Shown: positions 1 to 13,677 of the stretch, in pieces | Position numbering within the stretch: the stretch's first letter is position 1 | How the letters are laid out: the number at the start of each line of letters is the position of its first letter | Assembly: GCA_964016885.1 (NCBI GenBank) | Contig: OZ024740.1 | Location: 414,532,001 to 414,596,000 of the forward strand | DNA from: Eledone cirrhosa | Lineage: Eukaryota | Length of the DNA: 64,000 nt | Reading direction: 5' to 3' | Made by a program: the position numbers and the translations under genes | The notes under the pieces: generated by a model | Databases searched by the model: none | What the model was told of the DNA's origin: nothing | What the model saw: the letters and a program-made list of their open reading frames with translations, nothing else

Positions 1-324
1 AAACAGAAGTCTATTTATATTTCTCTATCCTTGCCATTACCATTTGCACAACTTGTCTGCACCGTATCATTTAATGACATTTTATAATTATTTGTTTATG
101 TACTCTCTTTGCTGTCCTATCTGAAAAACACTTCTTCTCCCCTGTCTTTATGTTGTTGTGTTGTCCCATATGCATCTTTCCAGTCGCTTCTTCTAAGCCA
201 TAATGCAACCTGGCCTTAATATTTTGCAATATCAGCCTTATGCACAAAATTGCATTGACCAAGAGTGGCTAGTGAGGAAAATTAATGCTTTTGTTCATTC
301 TACCCAAGTAGTTTTATTTTTTTT

Positions 325-327
<3 letters not shown>

Positions 328-373
<46 letters not shown>

Positions 374-388
374 CACACACACACACAC
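328..388. repeat. (GT)n followed by (CA)n microsatellite
   Basis: Directly visible dinucleotide runs. Confidence 0.95.
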
Positions 389-1777
389 CTATTTCCATGC
401 ACACACATACTAATCTATTAACTCTATAACTGAGCTAAAGACATTATCAGCTGAAATTGGCAATAAATCTTTCATAGCTAACTTTCCTTCAAATACAATA
501 TATGCAACTACTATAAACTGTATAAATGATAATGATAAAAGCCATCTTATGCTGCTGTTAACCATTTTAAAACCATTGCAGAAGTGTAATATAGCATCTT
601 GGTGTATAAATGAAAGAATAAGTTATATGTACAGTAAGGGTTTTCCTTCTTCAGCAAACAGTCTTCGCACACTTCATATTGAAGTTGTTATACTGCATGA
701 CAGAGCAAACTTAGGTGAAACATTACCATCAATGCTTATTTAACTCTTTCATTATCATATTTCCAATAAAAGATACTACCTATAATTTCCAAATAATTTT
801 GAAAATAATCAAGGATTTAGTAATATAACTAACTTTTCCATTATTAAACTGGTGCTTGGAGTGTAACTTGAAGGTTCTTCCATGATTGGAAATGTTTACA
901 TAAATATAAACATCAGAAACAACAGTAGAACCAGGAGATGTCTAAGACAGTTTGCTATCAATGGGATTAATCTATGTTTCTATATATGCTGGTATGCTCT
1001 GCAGTACATCAAATTGCCATACGATTTGCTAATATGAGCCCCAAAATGTATATATCTTATTGCATTAGGAAGGGCATCCAGCTTTTGAAGTCATGCCAAA
1101 AAATAGAAGATATGAGCACGATATGGTCCACACAACCTGTCTAGTCTCAGACTTTGACAACCTCTCCAACCCATACAAGCATAGAAAACAGATGTAAAAT
1201 GATGATGGCCTCATTTTATCTATGAGTACCAACAACCTGACATCAGAATTCACCAGCCTTCTGTCTTATGCAAGGTAATGTATATACATTCAATGGAAAT
1301 GCTTACCTTATTTCACTCCAGCCCCAACGATTTTCCAGATCCTATGCCTATGTCGCATTACCATGTATATATGACTGTATTCCAGTTTTACTTTGTCTAT
1401 CAAAATATTCGTCTGTTTGATGGGAAATCAAAATTAAACAGACACAATGTACCATTTGAGAGGACTGTCCATTTGACCTAGCATGTGACAACCTCTCTAG
1501 TGCTGGTACAATAAAATACACCCAGTCCATGCTGTAAAGTTGTAGTGCTGATGTCACAAAAATGCACACAACACACCCTGTAAGGTAGTTGCTGTTAAGA
1601 AGGGCCTCTAGCCATAGAAACCATGCTAAATATGGAATGTAACAGAGAAATAGTGATCACTCTAACCCATCGGGTCTCAAACAATATTTATATCAGTAAC
1701 TAGTATATGTTGGCTGTATGTTTATGTTAGCATTGTGTTGTTTTATGAGTATTGGTTGCCTCCATTATTACTTGTCT

Positions 1778-1954
1778 TCGGTGAATTGGCAGTGTTGGTA
1801 GAGGGTTGGACGCCATGCTTTCTAACATAGTTACGTCCCTTTACGGTCTGAGTTGAAATCCTGAAGAAGTTAACTTTCATCCTTATGTGGTCGATAAAAT
1901 AAAGTATCAGTAATGTACTGAGTAATTGCTGGCCTTGTGCCAGAAGTAGAAACA
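1778..1954 (+). mobile_element. tRNA-derived SINE family A
   Basis: A-box-like TGGCAGTGTTGGTAGAG, B-box-like GAGTTGAAATCC and body CATCCTTA..GGTCGATAAAATAAAGTA; 14-bp TSD ATTATTACTTGTCT at 1764-1777 and 1955-1968. Confidence 0.85.
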
Positions 1955-2087
1955 ATTATTACTTGTCTATTTTTGTGTGGAATCCTGTAGAATGTTTTTC
2001 TATTTAGTTGTGTTTCTTCTTGGGTCGAAAGGACTCTTTAATAGTGTTAAAGACATGACAACCACCCTAGCCCTAGTGATCTACATG

Positions 2088-2248
2088 CAGTACCGGATTT
2101 ACCATTATGCTTAAGCACAGGGTTCCGTTATCCGGTAGGGGGGGAGGCATCTTCCTTCCAAGAAATTTTTTTACCTCTTTCAGGGCCCAAGTAAGGGGCC
2201 TCATAACTTAACTAGCACAGGGTCTCATTTGTCCTAAATCGGACACTG
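2088..2248. mobile_element. hAT-type MITE
   Basis: TIRs CAGTACCGGATTTA / TAAATCGGACACTG; 8-bp near-TSD TCTACATG/TCAACATG; second copy at 3293-3460. Confidence 0.75.
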
Positions 2249-3292
2249 TCAACATGATAAAAAAGCCAGGTACAGTGTGTAAAGTGGTTGGGGGATAGCA
2301 ATGGCATCCAGACAGAAAACCTGCTTTTCAGTAGTCAGAGACATAATAAGCTCCTTTTACATTAGCAATTAAATTTATAAACTACATTAGCCATTAGTAG
2401 CTTGTTCTCCAGTTTATATGTTCATAGATTGTGGTTGATAAGGTTTATAATTTTCCTGTTTTTATAGTGTGTTAGTAGTGTTAATTTATCATTTAGTGCC
2501 ACACATTTATTGTTGTTTTACAAGATTGTTATTCATTTATTCTGGAGTTAGTATACATTTGATTCATAGAGTACATTTTATGTGGCTGGTGTACTAGTAA
2601 TAGGTCTGGCGTTTGAAGTTTTATTGTGATGTTTTATTCCTGTATGTTTGTATATATACATGTGTGTGTATGTGTGTGTTCATTGGGAAGAATTGCAAAA
2701 GGGGAGGAGAGGGAAACATGTTTTAAAAGGTGAAAGCTAAATGAAGGAGAGAGAGAGAAAGAAAGATAGAGAGAGAAAGAGAGAGTCAGAGGAGAGAGAG
2801 GGGGAGAAAGAGAGATGGGGGAGGGGGGCATGAGTGATGTAAGTAGGTGAGAGGTGTGGACAAACAATAGTTCAGCTGATGTTAATTGTCAATTAAATGA
2901 AGATCAAAAGATTTGTTGATTGCATTGCTGCCCCACTACACTTGTAATTGTTTTTTTGTGTTTGATTTTGTTAAAACGTATTTATTGCTACACTTGTTGA
3001 TACTGTTGATGGTGTTGTGTCATCTCCAACGTCACCTACCTTACTTTTGATGTGGTTATTATTGTTGATTTCCTCTATTTATCTTCTGCTACTCTTGTTG
3101 TAGTTGGTGGTGTTTGTCCCCCCACCCCCCACCACCACAGTTCGTCTCTGCTACTCTTGTGGTTAGTAGTGTTCAAGCAGTTACTCTTTCTCCTCTCATT
3201 GCTATACTTGTCATGTTTATTGTTGTTGTTGTTAGCTTTACTTCCCTTCTCTCACACCACAGTTACTCTTGTTGTTGTTGTTGTTGTATATC

Positions 3293-3460
3293 CAGTAACC
3301 GATTTAGGACAAATGGGGCCTTGTGCAAGATAAGTTATGAGGCCCCTTACTTGGGCCCTGAAGGAGGTAAAAAAAATTATTGGCAAGAAGATGGGCCTTC
3401 CCCTGGCCAACGGAACCCTGTGCTTAAGTACACCTAAGCACAATGATAAATTCGACACTG
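3293..3460. mobile_element. hAT-type MITE (same family as 2088-2248, opposite orientation)
   Basis: CAGT...ACTG ends; 8-bp near-TSD TGTATATC/TGTATAGC; interior matches the reverse complement of 2088-2248. Confidence 0.75.
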
Positions 3461-3651
3461 TGTATAGCCCTGGGTCAGCTCTAATCAAGCTGTTCTTGTG
3501 CAATCTACAGTTTCATCTTGCCAGTCATATAATGTCTCCATCAAGCTGAAGAATATATTCCCTGCTCCAACATGCAGTGATGAATCGTATGTTGTGCAGT
3601 GCGACAGTATGGACATAATGTCCTCTCACTACTCAATTTATTCTTGTAGCC

Positions 3652-3836
3652 CAGGGTTTCCCAAACTTTTTCAGATGCAGAACCCTTTTTGGGTTCAAAA
3701 ACTTTTGGGGGGAACCCCAAAGTCTAACTGTTATATCGTCGTAATATAAATATACTTCTCTACCTTTTTTCACGGAACTCCAGACACTCCTTTGTGGAAA
3801 CCTTGGGTTCCGTGGAACCAACTTTGGGAACCACTG
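3652..3836. mobile_element. hAT/Charlie-like MITE
   Basis: TIRs CAGGGTTTCCCAAACTT / AACTTTGGGAACCACTG; 8-bp near-TSD TTGTAGCC/CTGTAGAC. Confidence 0.7.
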
Positions 3837-3984
3837 CTGTAGACCCCTAGATTCTAGTGACAGCCACAGCAGGGGTGAACAAAGTCAACCCAGTCAGAGC
3901 ATGATAGTTGTTGCTGTACATCCTAGCACTGTGATTGGGGCCAGTGAAGCTATTGCTGTTACAGATGTTTCTCTGTGTTTTTTT

Positions 3985-4210
3985 TTAACCCTTTAGCATT
4001 CAAACTGGCCATATCCGGCCAGAATTCTCTCACCTCTTTCTGTTCAAACCTGCCATAACTGGCTGCTCATACCTATATTAAGGTATTGTTCTCAAAATCA
4101 GTGACATTAAAATCTCGTAGAATTGATATTACATAGATAATTATGTAAAATAAAACTTTTACTGTGAAAATACAATAGTAAGTATAGAATAATGTAAATG
4201 CTAAAGGGTG
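3985..4210. mobile_element. piggyBac-type MITE (~225 bp)
   Basis: TTAA+CCCTTTAGCATT ... AATGCTAAAGGG ends; eight copies in the window. Confidence 0.8.
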
Positions 4211-4891
4211 TGATGTTTGTCTGGGCTAAGTGTGAAAGACAGTGTTTTTAAAATATTGTTATAGTACAGCTCCAGAGCGTTATTAGTGACAGGTTGCAAC
4301 ACTTGCAAACAGGGAAATCAGATGTTGATTGATGGTGGTGGTGGTGGTGGTAACAATGATGATAATGATGATGATGATAGGAGGAGGGGTTGAAGCTTGT
4401 TGTGGTGACACACAATGCCACTTGCATGTTCTTGTGGTGTGGAGGTCGTCTGTGTACAACCTACGATGATATGTAGTATGTTTATTTGTATTCTTAATAG
4501 TTTTCTGGGGATACATTTAGAGCTCAGGTAGGACTGGTTTAGTCAATGATAGATATGATATTTTGTTTGTACACTAGTGTTGTTTCTGTCGGTCACAGTA
4601 TTTTCTGTGGGTCACAGTATTTTCTGTGGGTCACAGTAAATTTGTGCATCATTTTTTAAAACTATATTTTTGATTTTTCATGTTTTTTGTCTTCTGTGTA
4701 TGTGAAATGTTTATGTTGTGGAGTGCAATGGTTCAGTCTACTTGGTGGTCTCTGGTGCTGTTGATAAGAAGAGACACAATGAATGTAGTAGGGACTACTT
4801 TAGGTCTGTTGTTGAGGAACACATCTTTTTAAGAGATATTTTTAGGATATGTGTAGGTGTGCAACAGTGTCTCGAGAAAGGTAGGAAGGTG

Positions 4892-5085
4892 TTAACCCTT
4901 TAGCATTTAAACCAGCTATATCCGGCCAGAATTCTCTCATCTCTTAACCAGTCACTCATACTGATGTTAAGGTATTGTTCTCAAAATATATATCAAAATC
5001 TCATAGATTCAATATATGTGAGATAAAGCCTTTACCATGAAAATATAATAGTAAATATAGAGTAAAGTAAATGCTAAAGGGTTAA
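4892..5085. mobile_element. piggyBac-type MITE
   Basis: TTAACCCTTTAGCATTT ... AAATGCTAAAGGGTTAA. Confidence 0.85.
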
Positions 5086-5242
5086 CGTGACATTATCTGC
5101 ACATGAAGCTGCCTGTATGTGTTGCAGATGTGTGGACAGGACATGTAGATATAGGTCAAAAAGAGTGTATGATAGAACAGAACCCTGTGGTAATCTATTC
5201 ATGTATTACATCTTACTATAAGTTATGTAGTTTTCCAGGTTT

Positions 5243-5580
5243 CATCATCATCATCATTTTACGTCCGTTCTTCCATGCTAGCATGGGTTAGACGGGTTGT
5301 CCTGTTGTGGGCAGTATCTGGTTGGCTGACCATGCCTTGCTCATACAGGAACTGATTTTGGCTTGATTTCTACAGCTGGATGCCCTTCCTAACACCAACC
5401 TCATTTACAGTGAGTGCTGCGTGCTTTTTTTTCATGGCGCCTACACGTCCACTTTACAGTGTGGGCTGGGTGCTTTTTTGCCGTGGCACCTCCACAACCA
5501 CTTTGCAGTGGGAGGGTGTGGGGGCATATTGTCGATATGCTTCAGCTTGTACCCATGAGAGGTCGGGTACTCTGCACTAC
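5243..5580 (-). mobile_element. RTE LINE 3' end fragment
   Basis: Reverse complement of most of 11880-12272; (GAT)n tail; GGAAGGGCATCCAGCTGTAGAAA block shared with the RTE at 38905-40550. Confidence 0.8.
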
Positions 5581-6407
5581 TGTATTTCTGTTATTCAATT
5601 GTTTATTTATTTATTCATTCATTCATGTATATATCTCCTTATTTAGTTGTTTAATGCTAGACAGGAGTGGTGGAAGCATTTCTGAATTACCCCCCCCCCC
5701 CCTCACTCCCCCACCCCGCAAATTTGGTCAATTTAGTTGTAGTGATTAGTTTAGCTGTTATTATCAAATATCAACCAAGATATAAAAAAACTTCGATATG
5801 CGATAAACATAACATGTACATAAATTGTACCGCATATACAAATAGATATGTGTGTGGGTAATTTGGGGAGAAAAATATAATTATGGGGGGGGGGGCTTCC
5901 CCCAATAATTATATGTTTCTCCCCAAGTTCCACTGCCCCTATAGATTATATTTTCGTCGTATGTGGTTTTGGTCTATTGTGTTTGAAGTTGTCTAGTTTT
6001 TTTGAAGGGGACTATTTTTAGTATGCAATCGAGGTAGTAATATTTTTATGTTGCCTTATGGGTAATGTCTTTCAGATTTGTCTATAAATATTTTGTTGAA
6101 GGTTTACACTGCAATTTCTGTGTTAATGGTTGTAGTACTGTTGAATTCTGAAAACCTTTATTTTGTTTCTTGATGGAACTTGTTCCATGGTGTATTTTTG
6201 AGGTTTGTAAGTGTGTTTTTGTTTTCTTCATTCATATGTGAGTGTGTTGTGATAACTGGTAGATGATCTGAGACAAGTTGGACAATGTTTTACCAAGTCT
6301 TTATAGTAGCTAAGTGTGTGGAAGAGAATATGATGTCTTGGGAAAAGTTATTGTATTTGGCTTGATGATGTATGTGTGTATGTGTAGATTGTTTGGTGAG
6401 TAAAGCG

Positions 6408-6751
6408 ATCATCATCATCATCATCATCATTTTACGTCCACTTTTCCCTGCTTGCAAGGGTGGGACGGGAACTGATTCTGGTTTGATTTCTACAGCTGGA
6501 TGCCCTTCCTAACACCAACCTTATTTACAGTGAGTGTTGGGTGCTTTTTTGCTGTGGCACCTCCACAACCACTTTGCAGTGGAATGATAGGGACCCCAGT
6601 CCGATCATCTCATTTCTACAGCTGAGAAAACTGGAGCAATATGAAATAAAGCGTCTTGCTCAAGGAAACAACACATCACCCGGTCTGAGAATTGAACTCA
6701 CAACCTTTCGATTGCAAGCCCAATGCTCTAACCACTAAGCCATGTGCCTCC
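6408..6751 (-). mobile_element. tRNA-derived SINE family B with RTE-derived tail
   Basis: Head GGAGGCACATGGCTTAGTGGTTAGAGCA..GAGTTCAATTCTC; CORE-like CCTTGAGCAAGAC block; RTE-like 3' end with (GAT)n. Confidence 0.85.
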
Positions 6752-7310
6752 AGTATAGTTGTGTTATTTCTATTTGTTGTTATTTGAAAACCAGGAGTAA
6801 TTTAGAGCATCGAAGTCTCTTCCTGTTACTGCGTGATAATGTAAAGTATTGTAGTGTTTAACTTTGTTGGGTGGTTGGTGAGCTCAGTATTGATACACAG
6901 ATATATGTTTATCAATAAATGTGTTTTATGTTTATATATTGAATACACATTTCTCTATATCTAATCAAATCATTTGTTGTAACCAGGTTTGTTTCATCAG
7001 ATTTGGGTATTATTTAGAATACTGAGAGCTCTGAGTCAGGTAGTAAGACCATTTCCTAAATCAATGCTACATGAATGCCATATATGATTATAAAATCTTT
7101 TATTCCATAAAGGTGTTTGTTAATGCTGTTAATGTTGTACAGCAGAAGTTTTAGATATTTTCCGTGTCATGTTTACAAAATACTGAAAGTTGATATCAAG
7201 CAGCAGAACTTCACAAAGGAGATAACAAAAGAATGCAACAATTGCTATATTCCAGAATCCATCTAACCCATACAGCCATGAAAAAAAAAAAACAGCCATA
7301 AAAATGATAA

Positions 7311-7671
7311 TTGTTTCTACTTTTGGCACAAGGTCAACAATTACCCAGTACATTACTGGTACTTTATTTTATCGACCCCGTAAGGATGAAAGGCAAAGTT
7401 AACCTTGGCGGGATTTGAACTCAATCCGTAAAGGGACGTAACTATGCTGCAAAGCGTAGCGTCCGACTCTCTACCGATACTACCAATCCACCCCCCATAA
7501 AAATGATAATGATAATAATTGCTTCTACTTTTGGCACAAGGCCAGCAAATACCCAGTACATTACTGGTACTTTATTTTATTGACCCCGTATGGATGAAAG
7601 GCAAAGTTAACCTTGGCGGGATTTGAACTCAGATCATAAAGGCACGTAACAATACTACCAATTCACCGCCC
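7311..7671 (-). mobile_element. two tandem SINE family A copies
   Basis: Copies at ~7311-7494 and ~7519-7671, flanked by duplications CCATAAAAATGATAAT and AATGATAATGATAATAAT. Confidence 0.85.
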
Positions 7672-9487
7672 TAATGATAATGATAATAATGATGTGTGAA
7701 GTATTTATTTGGAAATATACTGTGGAAATCTGACATTGGAAAAGATGAGAACAATAATTCCTGCGTGTATCGTTGTTGTTATTGATGTCACTATTATTTT
7801 TTCTGGAGTGTTTGTAAATTGTTTTATTTGTTAGTATGAGTGTATATATTTTGAAGACTTTGTAAGATACAATTGGTAGGGGATTTGGAGCTAGATTCTT
7901 GCAACCCTTTCCCATTCTCTGATAGTACATGCTAAGAAAAATATTTCTGAGCATTAAGAATTTATCATTTGGTCAGCTTTCTAACCTTGAGCATCTTGTC
8001 TTCATTTCTGACATATACTAAATATTAATTCCTCCTGTATATCTAGCCCTTTTAAAGATAGTATTTGAGAAAGATTTGACTGTGAATTCTTGCAAGTCAA
8101 GTGACCATGTACAGATTTCTTATTGTTGTTTGTGATGTTTTTTTCATGGATATCGTTGTTTAGACTCAGGTCAACCATTATGAAGCAGATCTCTCATCAA
8201 AAGCATTCTAGCAGAGACCATATTGTTATTTTAGGGGTACCTAAAACTATATTATCAAATATGTCTTTTTCTTATTCAAGATGTTAAGTTATGATTAAGG
8301 GAGATTTGGCTGATATTTCTCACAAGATGGCTGTCCATGCAGACGCTCCCTTGCTACTGATAATGCCTTTTCTGTATTTGTGGGCATTTAATGTTGTTAA
8401 TGATGATGGTTATGATGATAATGTTTATATTTAATACAACCACCCAGCCAATCACTACCTTAACAAAACCTCAACCTCCTTCATCCATTCATCTTAGTCA
8501 CAGAAATCGATCAAACCACTTTGATGTTTTGTTATTTAGAAAACATTAAACTTACAAATAGATTTCTGCTTTGCTCTCTACTACTACTATACTCATTCTC
8601 TTTCATTCACTCTTTTTCTCTTATACATACATATGTACGTATATGTGAGTGTATGTGTGTGTCATACTACACACATACATACAGATCCATATAAAATGGG
8701 AGACCATTACAGAAATGAGAACCATCAATAACTTCTCTCTCTCTCTCTCTCTTGCTCTTAGCAATAACAACTACAAACACATTTATACAGTGTATTTACA
8801 TGCAATGGATAGGGAGTTCATATCAAACTACATTCATACATTATCTGGAAAACATGAAATAGATGGAACTAGTGCAAACCTAAAATGTATGCCTCTGACA
8901 ACATCACTGCTTTCGTTTTGTGTTTATTTTCTCTCCCAGAGGGTAATATGAAGCGTTTTGTGTTTGCATTTCACAGAGATTTTAGTTGTACTGTTATACA
9001 AATTTCCTTTATATTGAAAGGTATGGATGAGAAAATATGATAGTCAAACCTTTGTCTTGTTCTTGCAACAAGTACGAATTTGTATTGTAATGTTATTTGC
9101 AATATCAGGTCTGGTAACATCGTTCAAGATATTTCATTAAACCCTGACTGATATTTATTCTATTGACACACCAATTATGTAAAAATAACATGTGATAATA
9201 TTCTTCTTGTTCTTCGCCCACTTATTCCTGAAATGGTCATGGGAATAGAATGGACAACATGGCACAAGTCAGTTCTTATTCAGAGTTATTGCCCTATTAA
9301 ACAGATTGAGGAACCATGTCAAGCTCATATATTCCAATTTTGGGCAAGTTTTCTACAGCTGGATGCCCTTCTTAATACCAACTAATTTACAAAGTGTACT
9401 GGATGCATATTATCATAGCACCAGCACAAGAGAGGTTCCTGTGTCATCAACAAGACTAACCAGTCCTTTCTACTTGACATTATCACT

Positions 9488-9669
9488 GTGGATTGGCAGT
9501 ATCAGTAGAGAGTCGGACGCCATGCTTTCCAGCATAGTTACGTCCCTTTACGGTCTGAGTTCAAATCCCGCCGAGGTTAACTTTGCCTTTCATCCTTACG
9601 AGGTTGATAAAATAAAGTACCAGTAATGTACTGGGTAATTGCTGGCCTTGTGCCAAAAGTAGAAACAAT
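9488..9669 (+). mobile_element. SINE family A
   Basis: GTGGATTGGCAGTATCAGTAGAG..GAGTTCAAATCCCGCC..CCAAAAGTAGAAACAAT. Confidence 0.85.
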
Positions 9670-11649
9670 CATCACTAGATCTGCTAATTTAGTGTTGTCA
9701 GGGATGGCACAATCAACCATGCAACCACATAAGTATTTTGATTGCTATTCTTGAAATATCACATCTGTGGCTTTAGTTTCAGTTCTTGTATACTTTCTAA
9801 TCAGTTTTACTCTTTGGATTTTGGTTATGTTGGAACATTTCCTTTTCTTACTTTATCAAACTGTATTTATCATATGGTTGTCAGTTTTACCAGAGCTATG
9901 ACCTTTAAGTTACCATTCTTCTACAAACTTAAATACAACATATTTTACACTAATTTATACCAGTACACACACACACAAAGTTTTTGATACAATGAAGATT
10001 CACTTTAAAATGTTTCAGAGATGATTGGCTCGAGCTTTACATCAATGTGATAAACCTGACTCCAACTCCAGTATCAATCTTCTCCTCAGTCGTGTGGTTT
10101 CAAAGCATATATAATGGTCAGTATTCAATAAAAGCATTTTAAAGTGAAACTTCATTATATGAATCTTGATACACTCTGCTAGGGCATCAAGTGCTCACAT
10201 TGGCACCACCTCCAGTAATCAACAAAATTACGGAATAACCTACACTGTATATATAATGTGGGCTTCCAGGCAGTTTCCTTCTCCCAAATTTCACTCACAA
10301 GTAATTGAACAATTTGACGCTCTCATAGAAGGCATTTACTCAACAAACTCCACAGTGGCATTGAAATCGAAACCACATGGTAGTGATACAATCTTCTTCA
10401 ATACATAGTGCTGTTTGTGGTATATCTATTCAATTGTGATGCTAATATCCTTTGGCAAGACACACAACACCTTCCATGAAGATCAATAGAATTGATGACA
10501 AATTGATGTATACTTCTGCTCATATAAGTTCAATCAATTCAATCTATTTACAGGAAATATAAACATCTTTATCCTCTTACATTATTGATGATGCACAGTA
10601 GAAAATGTAAGTGAGCTGTAACAGAATAATTCATTATGAGATAATTATACAAACTTATTTAGAACTTAGTAATTGGAGTGCAACGGACCTCTTGATTTCA
10701 ATGATGAATGTCCCAGTTGTTTGATCAATAGATCACCTTGCTCATGAAATTAACATAAAAGTGGCTGAGTATTCCATACACACGTGTAACCATAAAATAA
10801 TTCTCAGAGTTGCACTCTGAATTACAGTCCATCCAACAGGCTTTCAAAATGTTTGCATCTATGAAATTTCACTCACAAGGTTTGGATTGACCTGAAGCTA
10901 TGGTAAATGTCATTTCCCCAAGGAATCACACAGTAGGATCAACCGTAGGACTTTGTGATTGCAAAGCAAACTTCTTAACCAATCAGTCATGCTGCGTTCT
11001 CTCTTAATAACAGCGCCAACATAGCCAAGATTCATCAATCATTATAATTTACCTAAGTCAGTCTCTCTCTCTCTCTCTCTCTCTCTGCTCATATCACTAG
11101 TGTTGGAGATTTGATTATGCTTCCTGCGGAGATGAAGGAGACACAGCTGTGTGGTTAAGAAGTCCACTTCACAACCACATGGTTTCAAGTTCGGTCTCAC
11201 TGCATCATACCTAGAGCAAGTGTCTGCTATCATGACCAACCAATGCTTAGTAAATAGAATTTGGTGAACAGAAACTGTGCGAAAAGTCCATTATGTGTAT
11301 GTTTGTGCTTGTGGGGGATGTGTGTGTGTGTGATATATCTGTGTGTCAGTGACTATGTTTACACTGCTATTTGTTTTATAAATTAGCAGTTCAACAAATA
11401 GAAATCAATGAAATAAATATAAGACTAAGAAACACATGCTAAGTTGAAATGATCAACAAAACCCTTGAAGGCTGTGCCTCAGCTTCGCTGCAGTCCAATG
11501 AGTGAAACCAGTAAAAGAGTAAATTAGTTGATGATAGCTGTTGTATCAACAAGTTGAGAAACTAAGGATCCTTCACTGATTCATGAAAGAAATACACCAA
11601 TCTCCGGAAACTAAGACAGAAGCAGATGTTTTGCTTTAAGAACTCCAGA

Positions 11650-13677
11650 AACACAAGGGATATAACACAAGGGTTATAACACAAAGGTTATAACACAAGG
11701 GATATAACACAAGGGATATAACACAGGGGATATAACACAAGGGATATATATAACACAAGGGATATAACACAGGGGATATAACACAAGGGATATAACACAA
11801 GGGATATAACACAAAGGATATAACACAGGGGATATAACACAAGGGATATATATATAATACAAGGGATATATATAACAATTACACCTCTCAAAGACAATGA
11901 CACACGACCGTGACCTCTGGCGTCACGCAGTAATACAGAGTACCCAACCTCCCATGGGTACAAGCTGAAGCATATAGACAATATGCCCCCACACCCCCCA
12001 CCGCAAGGTGGTCGTGGAGGTGCCACGGCAAAAAAGCACCCAGCCCACACTGTAAAGTGGACGTGTAGGCGCCACGAAAAAGCACCCAGCCCACACTGTA
12101 AATGAGGTTGGTGTTAGGAAGGGCATCCAGCTGTAGAAATCAAGCCAGATCAGTTCCTGTATGAGCAAGGCAAGGTCAGCCGACCAGACACTGCGCACAA
12201 CAGGACAACCCGTCTAACCCATGCTAGCGTGGAAGAACGGACATAAAACGGTGATGATGATGATGATGATGAAAGGATATAACACAAGGGATATATATAA
12301 CACAAGGGATATTTATAATACAAGGGATATAACACAATGGATATAACACAAGGGATATATATAATACAAGGGATATAACACAAGGGGTATAACACAAGGG
12401 ATATATATAATACAAGGGATATTTATAATACAAGGGATATAACACAAGGGGTATAACACAAGGGATATATATAATACAAGGGATATTTATAATACAAGGG
12501 ATATAACACAAGGGGTATAACACAAGGGATATATATAATACAAGGGATATAACACAAGGGGTATAACACAATAGATATAACAAAGGGATATATATAATAG
12601 AAGGGATATAACACAAGAGATATATATAATACAAGGGATATAAAACAAGGGATATAAAACAAGGGATATAAAACAAGGGATATATATAACACAAGGGATA
12701 TAACACAGGGGATATATATAACACAAGGGATATATATATAACACAGGGGATATAACACAAGGGATATATATAATACAAGGGATATAACACAGGGGATATA
12801 TATAATACAAGGGATATAACACAAGGGATATATATAATACAAGGGATATAACACAGGGGATATATATAATACAAGGGATATAACACAAGGGATATATATA
12901 ACACAAGGGATATATATAACACAAGGGATATAACACAGGGGATATATATAAGACAAGGGATATATATAACACAAGGGATATAACAGGGGATATATATAAC
13001 ACAAGGGATATAACACAGGGGATATATATAACACAAGGGATATATATAACACAAGAGATATATATAGCACAGGGGATATAACACAGGGAATATATATAAT
13101 ACAAGGGATATATATAACACAAGGGATATAACAGGGGATATATATAACACAAGGGATATATATAACACAAGGGATATATATAGCACAGGGGTTATAACAC
13201 AGGGAATATATATAATACAAGGGATATATATATAACACAAGGGATATATATAATACAAGGGATATATATATATATAACACAAGGGATATATATAACACAA
13301 AAGATATAACACAAGGGATATATATAACACAAGAGATATAACACAGGGGATATAACACAAGGGATATAACACAAGGGATATATATAATATATAACACAAG
13401 GGATAAAACACAGGGATATATATAACACAAGGGATATATATATATAACACAAGAGATATATATAACACAAGGGATATATATATATAACACAAGAGATATA
13501 TATAGCACAAGGGATATATATAACACAAGGGATATATATATATAACACAAGAGATATATATAACACAAGGGATATATATATATAACACAAGAGATATATA
13601 TAACACAAGGGATATATATATATAACACAAGAGATATATATAGCACAAGGGATATATATAACACAAGGGATATATAT
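11650..13677. repeat. variable minisatellite, unit GGGATA(TA)nACACAA (14-22 bp), interrupted by an RTE fragment
   Basis: Directly visible; explains the long low-complexity YIPCVI/LYPLC ORFs. Confidence 0.95.
11880..12272 (+). mobile_element. RTE LINE 3' end fragment inserted in minisatellite
   Basis: Begins with the RTE ORF end (LHLSKTMTHDRDLWR-like) and ends GGACATAAAACGGT(GAT)n. Confidence 0.85.

Noticed and set aside
5662-5941. Possible hAT MITE (CAGGAGTGGTGGAA..TTCCACTGCCCCT)
   Set aside because: Imperfect TIR, no TSD, single copy in the window
2350-8130. Scattered, very decayed minus-strand retroelement (possibly PLE) between the MITEs and SINEs
   Set aside because: Only compositional hints; no motif I could translate with confidence
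8649-8951. Possible host exon in a non-repetitive stretch
   Set aside because: No recognisable domain and no convincing splice-site pair
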